Assembly: GCA_963770895.1 (NCBI GenBank)
Contig: CAVYRF010000001.1
Location: 1,408,001-1,472,000, forward strand
DNA: 64,000 nucleotides
From: an uncultured Acidobacteriota bacterium
Lineage (GTDB): Bacteria > Acidobacteriota > Thermoanaerobaculia > Multivoradales > UBA5704
Direction of reading: 5' to 3'
Both the position numbers and the translations under genes were made by a program. This document shows positions 42,585 to 52,294 of this stretch, piece after piece (the stretch's first letter is position 1; every line of letters starts with the position of its first letter). The notes under the pieces were generated by a model that was not told where the DNA came from, did not search any database, and saw only the letters and a list, made by a program, of their open reading frames with translations.

Positions 42585-43325
42585 TCAACTGCCAGACCCT
42601 CGCTTGAGGGTGTAGTGGATCTCGATCTCGAGCGGATCGCCCGGCGTCATCCCCCGCAGGCGGTCGTCCCTGGTGAGCGCCGGCACCACCTCGATGCGCC
42701 GGCCGGGCGCCAGGGCTGCCAGGAAGGCTCCGGCCGTCGTCTGCTTCATGCCGCCCATGATGTTGACCACGACCTCGCTTTGCGGGATCGGCGGCATGAT
42801 GTCGGCGAGACGGCGGTAGACGCGCTCCTCGATGGCGTCCCGCACCGCCTCGGGATCGCCGAACGCTTTGTCGGTGAGGGAGATCTTCTCGAAATGCCGT
42901 ACCGATAGGCGCTCGTGGCGGCTCAGATCGTCGACCAGCTTGTCGGCTTCTGCCGCCGAGTCCGGGGAGTGCACGAGCCAGATGCGGCGGAGCGTCGCGG
43001 CGTGGTATTCGATCGCTTTGCGCGCGGTGGCGGCGCCGTCGCCGGAGCTCACGAGCGCGACCAGACCCTGGCATTCGCCGGCCCGGTGCTGGCGCGCCGT
43101 CGGCACCGGGCTCAGCGGCAGGAATCTGCGCACGATCGGCGGGGCGAGAAGCGTCAGGATCGCGAGCGGCACGACGAGAGCCAGGAGCCAGCGCGCCGCG
43201 GCGTTGTGCTGCAGCCAGTTGGAGTTGATGTTGGCGCTCAGGCTGAGCAAGTAGCCGACGATATAAAAGAGCAATGGGATTCGTTCCGCGGTGATCAACC
43301 CGGCGCGCAGGTCGGAAAGTTTCAT
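42585..43325 (-). CDS. 2TM-CARF membrane effector (Cam-like)
   Basis: Two N-terminal TM segments; GLVALVS, AIEYH, IWLVHS, VVNIMGGMK (D-x-T-GG-x-K variant). Confidence 0.78.
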   Translation of the reverse strand: MKLSDLRAGLITAERIPLLFYIVGYLLSLSANINSNWLQHNAAARWLLALVVPLAILTLLAPPIVRRFLPLSPVPTARQHRAGECQGLVALVSSGDGAATARKAIEYHAATLRRIWLVHSPDSAAEADKLVDDLSRHERLSVRHFEKISLTDKAFGDPEAVRDAIEERVYRRLADIMPPIPQSEVVVNIMGGMKQTTAGAFLAALAPGRRIEVVPALTRDDRLRGMTPGDPLEIEIHYTLKRGSGS

Positions 43326-43380
43326 GGGTGTGGCCTCGGCATGGGTCGCGATATTGCAAGATGTGGAACTGCAAGCATTG

Positions 43381-43771
43381 CCTGGCCGACCAGCACGAGG
43401 TTGAAGGAAAGAGCCCGCCGGCGGCGAGCCGTCGCGCGCAGCTCCCCGGTTCGAAGACGTATGGCCGCGGGGCCGCCGGCAGCCCTCGCATCAGTGGCGG
43501 CGGCTCGCCCTCGGCGCTTACGCGCCGGCCTGAACGTGGCGGAGGGAACTCCTCCCACGTCGCTAGGCCTCTTGAGGAGGCGAGGGAGGGTGAACACCAG
43601 GACGACGGCAGCGGGCGCGCCGAGCGCGATGGCCAGCGCGAGGCTCGCGTGCGACTGCAAGGCCCCCGCGAGCAGGTTGGCGCTGAGCGCGAGGGCGAAC
43701 CCGGTGGCAACGGACACGAACGACTCCGGGTCGACCATCAGCTTGCGCCATCGTCTCCAGTCCAAGGTCAT
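43381..43771 (-). pseudogene. Scar: 2TM N-terminus of a second effector joined to an internal cas6 fragment
   Basis: TM with ALSAN motif like the Cam-like gene; PPLMRGLPAAPRPYVFEPGS matches cas6 near 42150-42285. Confidence 0.7.
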
Positions 43772-43832
43772 TGCTCTCGTCCCCTTCCGGCGGCGCCTTG
43801 CTCGGCCGCGATGGCCGATGCCCGTCGCGCTC

Positions 43833-45227
43833 TCAAACCTTGACGCGCAGGACCCTGCCTTTCTGGTCCACCGTCTCGACGTGCACGGTCCGGCGATCGC
43901 CGGCCTGCCACGGCGTGGGCACACGCGGTGCGAACACGATGTCGTCCTGCCCGGTCGCCGTGTCGCGCAGGCGGAAGACGTTGCCCTCGGCGGTCAGGAC
44001 TTCGACCTTGATCTTGTCCTTCTTTTTGCGCTGCGGCGGCGCCGGCATGGGCCGTTCGCGCACGAGCGCTGCGAGCGTCTCAAAGGCCGCGTGCGGGTCG
44101 CCGGTCCCGTCTCCGGGGCTGTTGACGCCGGTACCGCCGGTCTGGTCCAAAGCGCCTCTCGCGGCCGGCACATACCTGCCGTGCCGATCCAGGCCGACCC
44201 CGCGGTACCCTTGGTGCCCGAGGTAGCCGGTGACGCTCTCGCGCGGCCGGTCCCGTCGCAGCAGCTCTTCGAGCTCTCCCTGGAGCCAGCCCGGAGGCTG
44301 CGGCCAGGCCGCGGCATCGAAGCCTGCATGCGCACCCCACGCGCCGTAGCGGTGGGCGGGGGTGGCAAGCTGCGAGTCGGCGGCCCTCACCGTGACGATG
44401 CACGAGCCGTAGCCCAGAGGCTTGGCCATCCCCTGCTTGTGCGCATGTCGCTCGTCGAGTACGAGGCAGGCGAGAAAGCGACAGACCTCCTCGTCGGACA
44501 GGCTATGGAGGTGTACCTGGAAGTCGAACCGCGTGCCCGAGCTCGCGTACTCGCAGATGGCGTGCGACCGGGTGCTCCAGGAAGCCTGAGCGACGCCGGG
44601 CGCGGGCAGGGGTGGGTGGTGGAAGTACAGCTTGCGGCCGCGGATCGGGCCGCCCGCGGCGCCGGAGCTGCTGTAGATCGCAGAGTGCTGCGGCTTGGGT
44701 GAGGAGAGCTCGGCGAGCCGCACGGTGTCCGCGGTAAGAGCCGAGCCCGGAGCCAGGACCGCGTCGGTGAAGCGTACCCGGCTGGCGGCGTGCACCTTGT
44801 CGCCCAGGGCGATACCGAACAGACGGCAGGCCGGGCAGAGGTGCGTCACGTCGTTGCAGCGGTCGTGACGGTACAGCTCGGGTACCGCAAGCCGGTATGC
44901 GCCGGCGCCCGCACCGAGTGGCAGGCAGGAAGGAAAGGCAGCCTCAAAGACGGCGCGCAGCATGCCTTTGAGCGACGCGCCCTGGACGATTGGCCGGCCG
45001 GCACCGTCGCGGAGAAATCCCAAGCGGAGGCGCTTGTCGCCCGGCGCCACGGGCTCCTCCCGCCGATGGTCGGCGGTGAAGAGCGGACCGAGCGCCGTGA
45101 GCTCGCACGACAGAACGCCGGTCACGCCTACATCACGACGCCAGCCGGGAAATGCGCTGCGCTCCGGGCCCCGAGCCGGCAACGGCACAAAGCCGTAGGG
45201 GCTGTGGGTGGGCCGCGGGCCGGTCAC
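43833..45227 (-). CDS. cas7: Type III-D Cas7-family RAMP (TIGR03986-like)
   Basis: SPYGFVPL, GASLKGMLRAVFE, CPACRLFG, SRVRFTDA, LSSPKP, RGRKLYFH, GMAKPLGYG. Confidence 0.85.
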   Translation of the reverse strand: MTGPRPTHSPYGFVPLPARGPERSAFPGWRRDVGVTGVLSCELTALGPLFTADHRREEPVAPGDKRLRLGFLRDGAGRPIVQGASLKGMLRAVFEAAFPSCLPLGAGAGAYRLAVPELYRHDRCNDVTHLCPACRLFGIALGDKVHAASRVRFTDAVLAPGSALTADTVRLAELSSPKPQHSAIYSSSGAAGGPIRGRKLYFHHPPLPAPGVAQASWSTRSHAICEYASSGTRFDFQVHLHSLSDEEVCRFLACLVLDERHAHKQGMAKPLGYGSCIVTVRAADSQLATPAHRYGAWGAHAGFDAAAWPQPPGWLQGELEELLRRDRPRESVTGYLGHQGYRGVGLDRHGRYVPAARGALDQTGGTGVNSPGDGTGDPHAAFETLAALVRERPMPAPPQRKKKDKIKVEVLTAEGNVFRLRDTATGQDDIVFAPRVPTPWQAGDRRTVHVETVDQKGRVLRVKV

Positions 45228-45826
45228 GGGCGACCTCCACGTCCGCGCCGCGGAGCACCCGCGCCCGCACCGAGGTCCTCTCGTGGCTCCTCGTCGCGGA
45301 GCATCGCGAGCCCGACGCAGCGCACGAACTCGCCGCGCTGCCGCACCGCGTCGCGATACCAGCGGGCGGTGAGCCGTGGTGTCGCGCCCGCAGGCGGCGG
45401 CAAGACCTCGCGGTCGAGCGGAAAGGTCTGGATCTCCGGCAGCTCGCGGGCGTAGAAGCGCGCGCCCCCATCGGGGTTGCCTTCCCGATCGCGCTGCGGA
45501 TCGACCCACTCGCCCCAGAGCACGATGTGGGCCTCGCGCGTCCGCACGAGATCGAGCGGTGCCGAGAAGCCGGCCGGCATCGGCACCGCCGGCTCGAGGA
45601 GCAGCACCGCATGCACGCCCTCCTCCGCGCGGTGGCGCTGCCAGCGGTACTCGCCAGCCGGTCCGAAGAGCCGCCCCGCGGGCCATGCGGCCAGGTCGGC
45701 CCAGTCCGCCACCTCCTGGCGTCGCGCCAGGCGTGCCGCGGCCGGCGCCTCCAGCCAGGCGTAAGCGAAGTCCGGCAGGCCCGCGGGATGGCCGGCAAGG
45801 CGGGCGAAGGCGATGCAGGCGCTCAC
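45224..45826 (-). CDS. csx19: Csx19-like subunit
   Basis: GRLFGPAGEYRW, LWGE; position between RAMPs. Confidence 0.65.
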   Translation of the reverse strand: MSACIAFARLAGHPAGLPDFAYAWLEAPAAARLARRQEVADWADLAAWPAGRLFGPAGEYRWQRHRAEEGVHAVLLLEPAVPMPAGFSAPLDLVRTREAHIVLWGEWVDPQRDREGNPDGGARFYARELPEIQTFPLDREVLPPPAGATPRLTARWYRDAVRQRGEFVRCVGLAMLRDEEPREDLGAGAGAPRRGRGGRP

Positions 45827-46857
45827 GCCGGCACCTGCGCGGATTCCGGTCCGCCGCCCGGGCGCCCGATGAAGTCGGCGAACGCCGCCGCCGCGGCGCG
45901 CCACAGGTCGTCGAGGTCGGCAACAAGGTAGGTCTCGTAGAGGGACAGGCTGTGGTCGGGCTTGGGGGTGAGGCGCGCGGCAGGCGCCGGCCACTCGTGG
46001 AGGCCATAGTGCTGCCGCTCGGCCGGCGACGAGAGGCTGCCCAGGTGGTCGATGCACTTGCCGCCGTGGCCGGCGGGGTAGGCGAGGCGCGCTTCGCGGA
46101 CCGTTCCTTGGACCTGCCCGAAGCCCTTGGACTTGCCGAAGCCGAGCGCCACCATTCCGTCGGCGAAGTCGTTGAACACGTGGGCGAGAAGGCCGAGCTG
46201 CCAGAGCTCGAAGTTGGTGACCGTCACCGTGGTCGTGAAGGTTGTGTCCTCGAGCGCATGGAAGCGCATGTTGGCGCCGCCGCGGGCGCCAGTCTCTTCG
46301 TTTGCGTTCCCGGCGTAGACGCCGCCCGTGAAGCGGTCGATGCCGATCATGTCGCGGTAGACCGACCGGCAGGGGCCGGTCAGGTCGGCGTCGGCGAGCT
46401 GCACGCGGCTTGCGGTTGCTGTGCAGCCGAAGAGCCGGCAGGCAGGGCAGGCGGCGGCATAGGGCGAGGGTTCGGGCGGGCTGGCGCGGAGCCGCGAAGA
46501 GCACGAGGCGAGGTCAGCCGGCGCGTCGACGAACGGATCGCAGGCCGTTGTCGGTGGGCGGTCCTCGGCGCCGCGGAGGGAGCGTACGATCCGCTCGGCC
46601 TGGGCGCGGAACGGACCCCGCAGCGAGGTGCCGGGCACGTAGAAGGGTAGGTCCGGCGGCTTGCCGGGGTGGCTCAACACCGCACGCTTGAGCTCATGGT
46701 TGTGGTCGCTGCTGCGGCTGACAAACAGCTTGTTGGGGAGCTTCCCGCGGTTGGCCCGATCGTCGGGTTTCTCGTAGCGGCCGTCAGCGATGAGCAGCGG
46801 CCCAGGACAGGCAAGGGTCCAGGTGAAGCTTGCACTACACAGGCGGCGCCGCATCAT
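45823..46857 (-). CDS. cas7: Cas7-family RAMP (Csm3/Csx7-like)
   Basis: YVPGTSLRG, CPACRLFG, GIDRFTGG, GFGKSKGFG. Confidence 0.88.
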   Translation of the reverse strand: MMRRRLCSASFTWTLACPGPLLIADGRYEKPDDRANRGKLPNKLFVSRSSDHNHELKRAVLSHPGKPPDLPFYVPGTSLRGPFRAQAERIVRSLRGAEDRPPTTACDPFVDAPADLASCSSRLRASPPEPSPYAAACPACRLFGCTATASRVQLADADLTGPCRSVYRDMIGIDRFTGGVYAGNANEETGARGGANMRFHALEDTTFTTTVTVTNFELWQLGLLAHVFNDFADGMVALGFGKSKGFGQVQGTVREARLAYPAGHGGKCIDHLGSLSSPAERQHYGLHEWPAPAARLTPKPDHSLSLYETYLVADLDDLWRAAAAAFADFIGRPGGGPESAQVPA

Positions 46858-47678
46858 GCCGCGCCTCCGGCCCACACGAGCGGGGCGTGAGGGTCGCCGC
46901 CGCCCGCCAGAGCCCGCCATAGGGCCTCGGGGCTCTCGAAACCGCGGACCTCGAGGCCCTCACGCCGCAAGCAGACCTCGCCGAGGCCGGCGGAGCGCTT
47001 GCCGCCGACGAAGAGCCCGTGGTGCAGGAGGTCCAGGGAGAGCTGGACCAGCCGGCGATCGGCGCTCCCAGGCGGCCCCAGGTTCTCGGCCTCCATGCCG
47101 AAGTGGAAGACCGGCCCGCACTCGAGGACCTCGAAGTTGAATTTGACGTTCTCGCGCGCCGTACCGGTGTCGCGGTCGATGCCCACGCCGTCGCGCACCA
47201 CCGACTTGTCGGCGAGCGGCGACGGCGACTCGGGGCGGCAGTCGCCAATGCGCAGCCGCGAAGCGAAGGTGGGGGAGCCGAAGAGCTTGCAGACGTCGCA
47301 CAGCTCGCTCTCAAGGAAGCCGAAAACATCAGAGTCGTCCCCCTGGACGAGCTCGGCGAGCTGCTCCTGCTTGCGGCGACTGGCGGTCACGCAGGCGTCC
47401 GCGGCGTCGTCGGCGACGAAGAGGGTGCAGGAGCGCAAGCCGGCGGCCGCGCCGCAGCCGCCGAGGATGCGCTCGACCTCGGAGCGCAGCGCACCGCGCA
47501 GGCTGCTGCCCGGGATGATCGGCACGCCGGCGCGATCGCGCATGAGCGGCGCATCCGTGATCTCGGAGGCGCGGCCCGACGACAGGCGGAGCGGGCTCTT
47601 GAGCTCGAGCTTGCCACGAAAGCGGTAGCGGTTGCGCAGCACGTCGTGACCAGATAAGCGGGGCGGGCCGGTGGTCAT
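46854..47678 (-). CDS. cas7: Cas7-family RAMP (Csm3/Csx7-like)
   Basis: TDAP catalytic-Asp loop, IPGSSLRGALRS, CDVCKLFGS, RDGVGIDRDTGTA, GGKRSAGLG. Confidence 0.9.
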   Translation of the reverse strand: MTTGPPRLSGHDVLRNRYRFRGKLELKSPLRLSSGRASEITDAPLMRDRAGVPIIPGSSLRGALRSEVERILGGCGAAAGLRSCTLFVADDAADACVTASRRKQEQLAELVQGDDSDVFGFLESELCDVCKLFGSPTFASRLRIGDCRPESPSPLADKSVVRDGVGIDRDTGTARENVKFNFEVLECGPVFHFGMEAENLGPPGSADRRLVQLSLDLLHHGLFVGGKRSAGLGEVCLRREGLEVRGFESPEALWRALAGGGDPHAPLVWAGGAA

Positions 47679-48217
47679 CTGGGAGCTCCTGGGGCGCTCT
47701 CGGCGGCAGCGCCGGATGGGGTGGCCTCGGCGGCAAAGGCCAGAAGGGGCATGGGCACGCCTACCGCGGCTTCGTAGCGATAGAGGCCTGAGAACCGACT
47801 CCAGAAGCGCTGGAGCGCCGCAAGGCGGTTGAGGTCCGCGGGGGGCTCGGCGGGGATGTAGAGTTCGCCCTCGACCCATCGCAGCAGCTCGCCGCCGAGG
47901 CTCTCCGCGACGCCTTCGCCAAATGCCGGCGGCAGCAGCCAGGAGGCCGGCGGCGCGCCGCGCTGGGCGCGCGCCTCCAGCCGATCGAGTTGGTGCCGCA
48001 GCCAATACCGGAGCGACCCGCGCGCCTGGTCGAAGGTGGTGGCGGAGGCGATGAGCTCGCCGGCTGCCGCGAGCTGTGCGGCCGAGATGCGACCGGGTGT
48101 GAAGCCCAGCCGGTACAGTCGCTGCGCCGCCTCGATCAGCACATCGTCGAGCGCCGCGAGCGCCGCATCGGCGCGCAGGGCGCATTCGAGGGCCGGTGCC
48201 TCCGCGTTTGGGCTCAT
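47675..48217 (-). CDS. Putative Cas11/small subunit
   Basis: Helical 180 aa, ISAAQL motif, coupled within the type III operon. Confidence 0.6.
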   Translation of the reverse strand: MSPNAEAPALECALRADAALAALDDVLIEAAQRLYRLGFTPGRISAAQLAAAGELIASATTFDQARGSLRYWLRHQLDRLEARAQRGAPPASWLLPPAFGEGVAESLGGELLRWVEGELYIPAEPPADLNRLAALQRFWSRFSGLYRYEAAVGVPMPLLAFAAEATPSGAAAESAPGAPR

Positions 48218-49293
48218 CGCTCGTCCTCCGGGCCGAGGTGGAACGGATGCCAGAGCACCGCGCTGCCGTAGCCCTCGCCATGGCTGCCCCCGATCCAGCC
48301 GCGGCCGTTGCCCTCGGGTAGCTGGGGCGTCCGGGTCGGGCTTGCTGCCTCGAAGAGGAAGGCGCTGCCGGCGGCTACCGCCAAGCGCTCGGACCGCGGC
48401 AGGCGGACCGGCTCGCCGTCGAAGCCGAACACCTCGCGGGTGGCGGCGAAAGCGCGCGGGCGTGGCCGCCAGTCGCCGGGGGAGATGCCGAGCGGCGTCA
48501 GATCCGCAAGGTCCGGCGCGCTCGCGGGGCGCAGGTAGTCGTCGTGGAAGAGCCCGTCCGACAGCAGGGTCACCGCCAGTACCGGTCTACCGGCCGTGGC
48601 CGCGTAGCGCTCGAACCGCTCGCGCACTGGACAGAGCTCGAGCGCAGTCGGTGCTGCGCGGCCCACCGTCGCCCAGCCCTGTCCGCGGCTGCCACCGGTG
48701 CCGAAGGAGGCTTGCCACGACTCGGCGATCAACCCTTCCAATGTCGCGGCCAGGTCCGAGGGCGCCTCGATCGTCGCGGTGAAGGTCTGCCCGGCCGCGA
48801 GGAGACGCTGGCTGTACAGTTGCCCGGCGCTCGCCGTACCGCGACGCGGATCGATCGCCGTGCGCGTGGCGAGCCGGATGATCGGCGAGACGCTGCGGCG
48901 CTCTCTCGGCAGCCAGAAGCCCTCGCAGTAGTCGAGGGGCCGCCGGCACCGGGCGCAGACCGATGGACCGCTCCCCAGCAGGAGGAGGTCGGCGATGCCG
49001 TGGCCGCCCTCAGCCAGGGCGCCCGGCTCGTACTTGCAGCTACGTGCCGAAAGCGGCATCACCTCGGCGCCGCAGAGGGTCGCCGGTCCATAGCGGACTT
49101 CGCCGGCGAGAAAGAGGCGTCCGAACAGAGCGTCGGGAACGCCGCCCCGCCGCTCGAGATACCGGCGCGCGAGGACACCGCGCAGCGCATTGCCGGGGAT
49201 CGCGACCAGGGTGTCGGTGAGGTTGGAGGCGGGCGGGGCGGCAGCAAGGAGCGCCGGCGAGACAAGGGTGATGTCCACTGCCAGCGCGGTCAT
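48214..49293 (-). CDS. cas5: Cas5-family RAMP (Csx10-like)
   Basis: IPGNALRG, RTAIDPRRGTA..GQLYS, GSRGQG, GSAF, GEGYG. Confidence 0.82.
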   Translation of the reverse strand: MTALAVDITLVSPALLAAAPPASNLTDTLVAIPGNALRGVLARRYLERRGGVPDALFGRLFLAGEVRYGPATLCGAEVMPLSARSCKYEPGALAEGGHGIADLLLLGSGPSVCARCRRPLDYCEGFWLPRERRSVSPIIRLATRTAIDPRRGTASAGQLYSQRLLAAGQTFTATIEAPSDLAATLEGLIAESWQASFGTGGSRGQGWATVGRAAPTALELCPVRERFERYAATAGRPVLAVTLLSDGLFHDDYLRPASAPDLADLTPLGISPGDWRPRPRAFAATREVFGFDGEPVRLPRSERLAVAAGSAFLFEAASPTRTPQLPEGNGRGWIGGSHGEGYGSAVLWHPFHLGPEDER

Positions 49294-49931
49294 CGCCACG
49301 TCCCCTCGATCCGCACGCCGCCGGCGAGCCGCCCCCAGCCCGCGGCCTTGCGGGCGCCGATGGCATCGACGATCGCCCCGCTCCAGCGCAGGAACACGAG
49401 CTCGTCGTCGGCGAGTGCGCCGTTCGCGACGATCGTGCCGTGGAAGCCAAGCTCGGCCGGCAGCGCCTCGTCGAAGAACAGGTGATCGGCAAGGGCCGTG
49501 CGGCTGCGGCGGGCCACCGCCAGGCCGGGACGGATCTCGACATCGGGGTGCACCACCGGGTTGGCATGGCCCCGGAGCAGCGCTGCACAGAGCTCCCGCC
49601 ACGGCTCGCTCAATGCGGCGTCGCCGACGCGCACCTGGCCGGCGACCGCACCGTTGCCGAAAAGGCGGCAGGCGGTACAGGCCGTGGACAGCCGTTTGCA
49701 GGCGGGTTTCTGTGCATCGTGGAGCCAGTAGGGGTCCGGCGCCCCACCGGAGCGCAGCAGGCGCTCGGCATGAAAGCGCAGCCGACCCTTGATCGTGGAC
49801 CCGGGGACGACCGGCAGGCCCGCGGCGTCGCGCACCGTGAAGCGATCGACGAGTCCCGCGGCGCCAAGCCCGGTGAAGATGCCGGTGGGCGAGGCGAGCG
49901 ACAGATCGTAGGCCGCCGCGCGCTCAGGCAT
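49290..49931 (-). CDS. cas7: Cas7-family RAMP
   Basis: VPGSTIKGRLR, CTACRLFG, IGARKAAGWG. Confidence 0.85.
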   Translation of the reverse strand: MPERAAAYDLSLASPTGIFTGLGAAGLVDRFTVRDAAGLPVVPGSTIKGRLRFHAERLLRSGGAPDPYWLHDAQKPACKRLSTACTACRLFGNGAVAGQVRVGDAALSEPWRELCAALLRGHANPVVHPDVEIRPGLAVARRSRTALADHLFFDEALPAELGFHGTIVANGALADDELVFLRWSGAIVDAIGARKAAGWGRLAGGVRIEGTWR

Positions 49932-51729
49932 GGGTGTCCGGGTCCTCTGCAGGGTGGGCGCCGGCTGCCGGCGGGATGGGCAGGCTGCCGGCGGGCGCGG
50001 CGGGCGGGACGAAGTCGAGCATTTCGACCAGCTCGGTCAGCGGCGTGCTCCAGGCGGACTTGTCACGCTCGCGGAAGGGGAAGCGGTCGAGCTCCGCCAC
50101 CAGCTCGGCGAGCGGTCCGCCGGCCGCGAGGTCGCCGGTCGTCTGGAGCCGTTCGCGTAGCTGAAGCGCCTCGTATTGCGCCTGCACGGGTTGCCGGAAG
50201 AGGGCGGCATAGAGCGCCTTGAGTTTGCTCCGCGGCACGGACGATGCCTTGAGCGCCGCGATCCGCTGGCGCAGCGCGCCGAGGCCTGCCGCCGTGTACG
50301 GCCGCTCGGTGCGAAGCAGCGCCGCGCCGCTCGGCAGCGTCGTGCGGTACTCGGTGGCACGGCGGTGTTTCAGGCTCTCGCTGCCACTCTCGTGGATCAC
50401 CGCGAAGTCGATCGTGCCGGCGGCCGTCCCCGACTCGGCAAGATCCGAGGCGAAGTGTTTGGCGAGCTTCATCAGCTCTGCGGCATGGTCCAGGAGCTGC
50501 GACGCCGGGAACGAGGCGTGCGCGATCGCCACGCCGGCCGAGGTCGTCAGGCCGTCGGGTGCGAAGCACCGGGCGAGGGCGCCGCTCCGCACCCGCTCGC
50601 GCTGGAGCTCGCGGGTCCGCTCCTGAAACAGCGTGACGAAGCGCTCCGCCACCGCCAGGGCCGATTGCGCTGGGACGATGAGCACGAGGTCGTCGCCGCC
50701 GGCGATCACGAACTCGGCCGGAATGAGGCGCGCCGGCTCGCCGCGGCCTGTGCCTGACCGGCGGCGCGGGCGCGTCTCCGCAGGCTCCGTCGCGACCTCG
50801 GCGATCACCGCTTCGACGGCCGCGGCGCGGGTGGCCTGGTCGACGATGGCGGAGAACGCTGCGTAGGCCGCCCTGGCCTCTCCATCACCGGCCGACTGAG
50901 CGCCGATCTGGCGGATGGTCTCGCCCATCCGGTTGCCGTCGGCATAGATGAGGGCGAAGTAATTGCGCGGTAGGGAGCGCGCGCCGATGTCGTCGAAATC
51001 CACGGGTAGGAGAACTCGGACCTTGGCGCCAAAGCGCTCCGCCGCCTGGGCCGCGAGGGTGGCAAGGACGCTGTCGGGCCAGCGCTGCTCGATCTCGCGG
51101 AGGGTGGGGATCGGTGTGAGCAGGTCGTAGTTCCGCTTGGCCTCGCGGTAGAACTCGCGGATGGTGTCGCGCTTGTACAGGCACGAGGAGCAGAGGAAGT
51201 GCCGACCCTGAACGTCGGCAGGCGGAACGGTCTCGGCGGGCCGCCTGCCGCACGACGAACAGGGCCGCAGCCAGCGACCGCCCAGCACCGGAAACGCCGC
51301 CAGACGGCCGAGCTTGTTGCTCTGCGACTCGGCCACGCCGCGCGCCACCCACGTGGTGAAAGGCTCGCTGGGCAGGCGGTCCAGGACCTCGATGGAAATG
51401 CGTGCGCTGCCCGTACGGTCACGATAGAGAGCGGCGACCGCCTCGGCAAAGCGCTCCGCGGCCACCCGGGTCGGAAACAGGATCCGCCCCGAGCCGCCCC
51501 CCAGATAGACAATCTCCGCATCGCGAAAGTCGGGCTGGGCGAGGAGCGAGCGCGTGTCCACGCGGTTCAGACGATCGAGGAGAAGGCTTGCCCCGCGCGT
51601 CTCGCGCAGATAGCGGGAACCAAAGAGATAGCTCTTGACCCGCTGGGTCTCCAAGACGACGAGCACCGGCGGCTCGGGCGCTGCCGGCGACGGGGGATGC
51701 CTGTGGAAGGTACCGGTCGGGCTCGTCAT
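49924..51729 (-). CDS. cas10: Cas10, HD-less, intact cyclase palm
   Basis: VKSYLF..L.ETRGAS, GGG, C..C zinc finger, YADGNRMG, GGDD. Confidence 0.92.
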   Translation of the reverse strand: MTSPTGTFHRHPPSPAAPEPPVLVVLETQRVKSYLFGSRYLRETRGASLLLDRLNRVDTRSLLAQPDFRDAEIVYLGGGSGRILFPTRVAAERFAEAVAALYRDRTGSARISIEVLDRLPSEPFTTWVARGVAESQSNKLGRLAAFPVLGGRWLRPCSSCGRRPAETVPPADVQGRHFLCSSCLYKRDTIREFYREAKRNYDLLTPIPTLREIEQRWPDSVLATLAAQAAERFGAKVRVLLPVDFDDIGARSLPRNYFALIYADGNRMGETIRQIGAQSAGDGEARAAYAAFSAIVDQATRAAAVEAVIAEVATEPAETRPRRRSGTGRGEPARLIPAEFVIAGGDDLVLIVPAQSALAVAERFVTLFQERTRELQRERVRSGALARCFAPDGLTTSAGVAIAHASFPASQLLDHAAELMKLAKHFASDLAESGTAAGTIDFAVIHESGSESLKHRRATEYRTTLPSGAALLRTERPYTAAGLGALRQRIAALKASSVPRSKLKALYAALFRQPVQAQYEALQLRERLQTTGDLAAGGPLAELVAELDRFPFRERDKSAWSTPLTELVEMLDFVPPAAPAGSLPIPPAAGAHPAEDPDTHA

Positions 51730-51921
51730 CAGGTGCTGTACAGATGCGAGGGGAGCCGCGCCCCACGGCCGCGACGGTCAGCGATCGTGGCGGTCGGCGC
51801 CCCCACGAAGAACCCCGTGGCAGTCCATGCAGGGCTGAGCATATGTCTCTTATTCTCAAGCTTTCGCTAGCATGCTTAGGCTATCGCCTCGTAGATGCGA
51901 TGTAAAGCGCGGCGCGGGGTG

Positions 51922-52156
51922 CCTGGGGGAGGAACTTCCAGGTGCGCCGCGATGCGCGGTGTGCGATGGCGCAGGCAGCCGGTGGCGTCGGTGTAGAAGA
52001 CCTGGCGGAGCGTCGCGCGGACCCGTAGCTGCCGGTCGGGCTCGACGCGGGCGAGAGCGGTGGCGAGGTCACCGGCGGCGATGATGCGGTAGGTCTTGAC
52101 GATGTGGCCATCGCCGCTGGCCGGCCATTGGGCTTCGAGGTCGAAGGTGGCGCAGG
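51922..52156 (-). pseudogene. Degenerate copy of the 3' part of the SLOG gene (31721-31957)
   Basis: High nucleotide similarity with an indel. Confidence 0.8.
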
Positions 52157-52294
52157 CGAGCAGTGTATTTAAGGTCAGGAGAATGCCGCGCTCGATTTTT
52201 CTCGCTTCACACCGCGGAGCTCGCCGCCGCCTACTTCATGTACGCCTCGGGCTCGACCGGTCGGGTGCACCGGTGGTTGCAACCCGAACAGATT

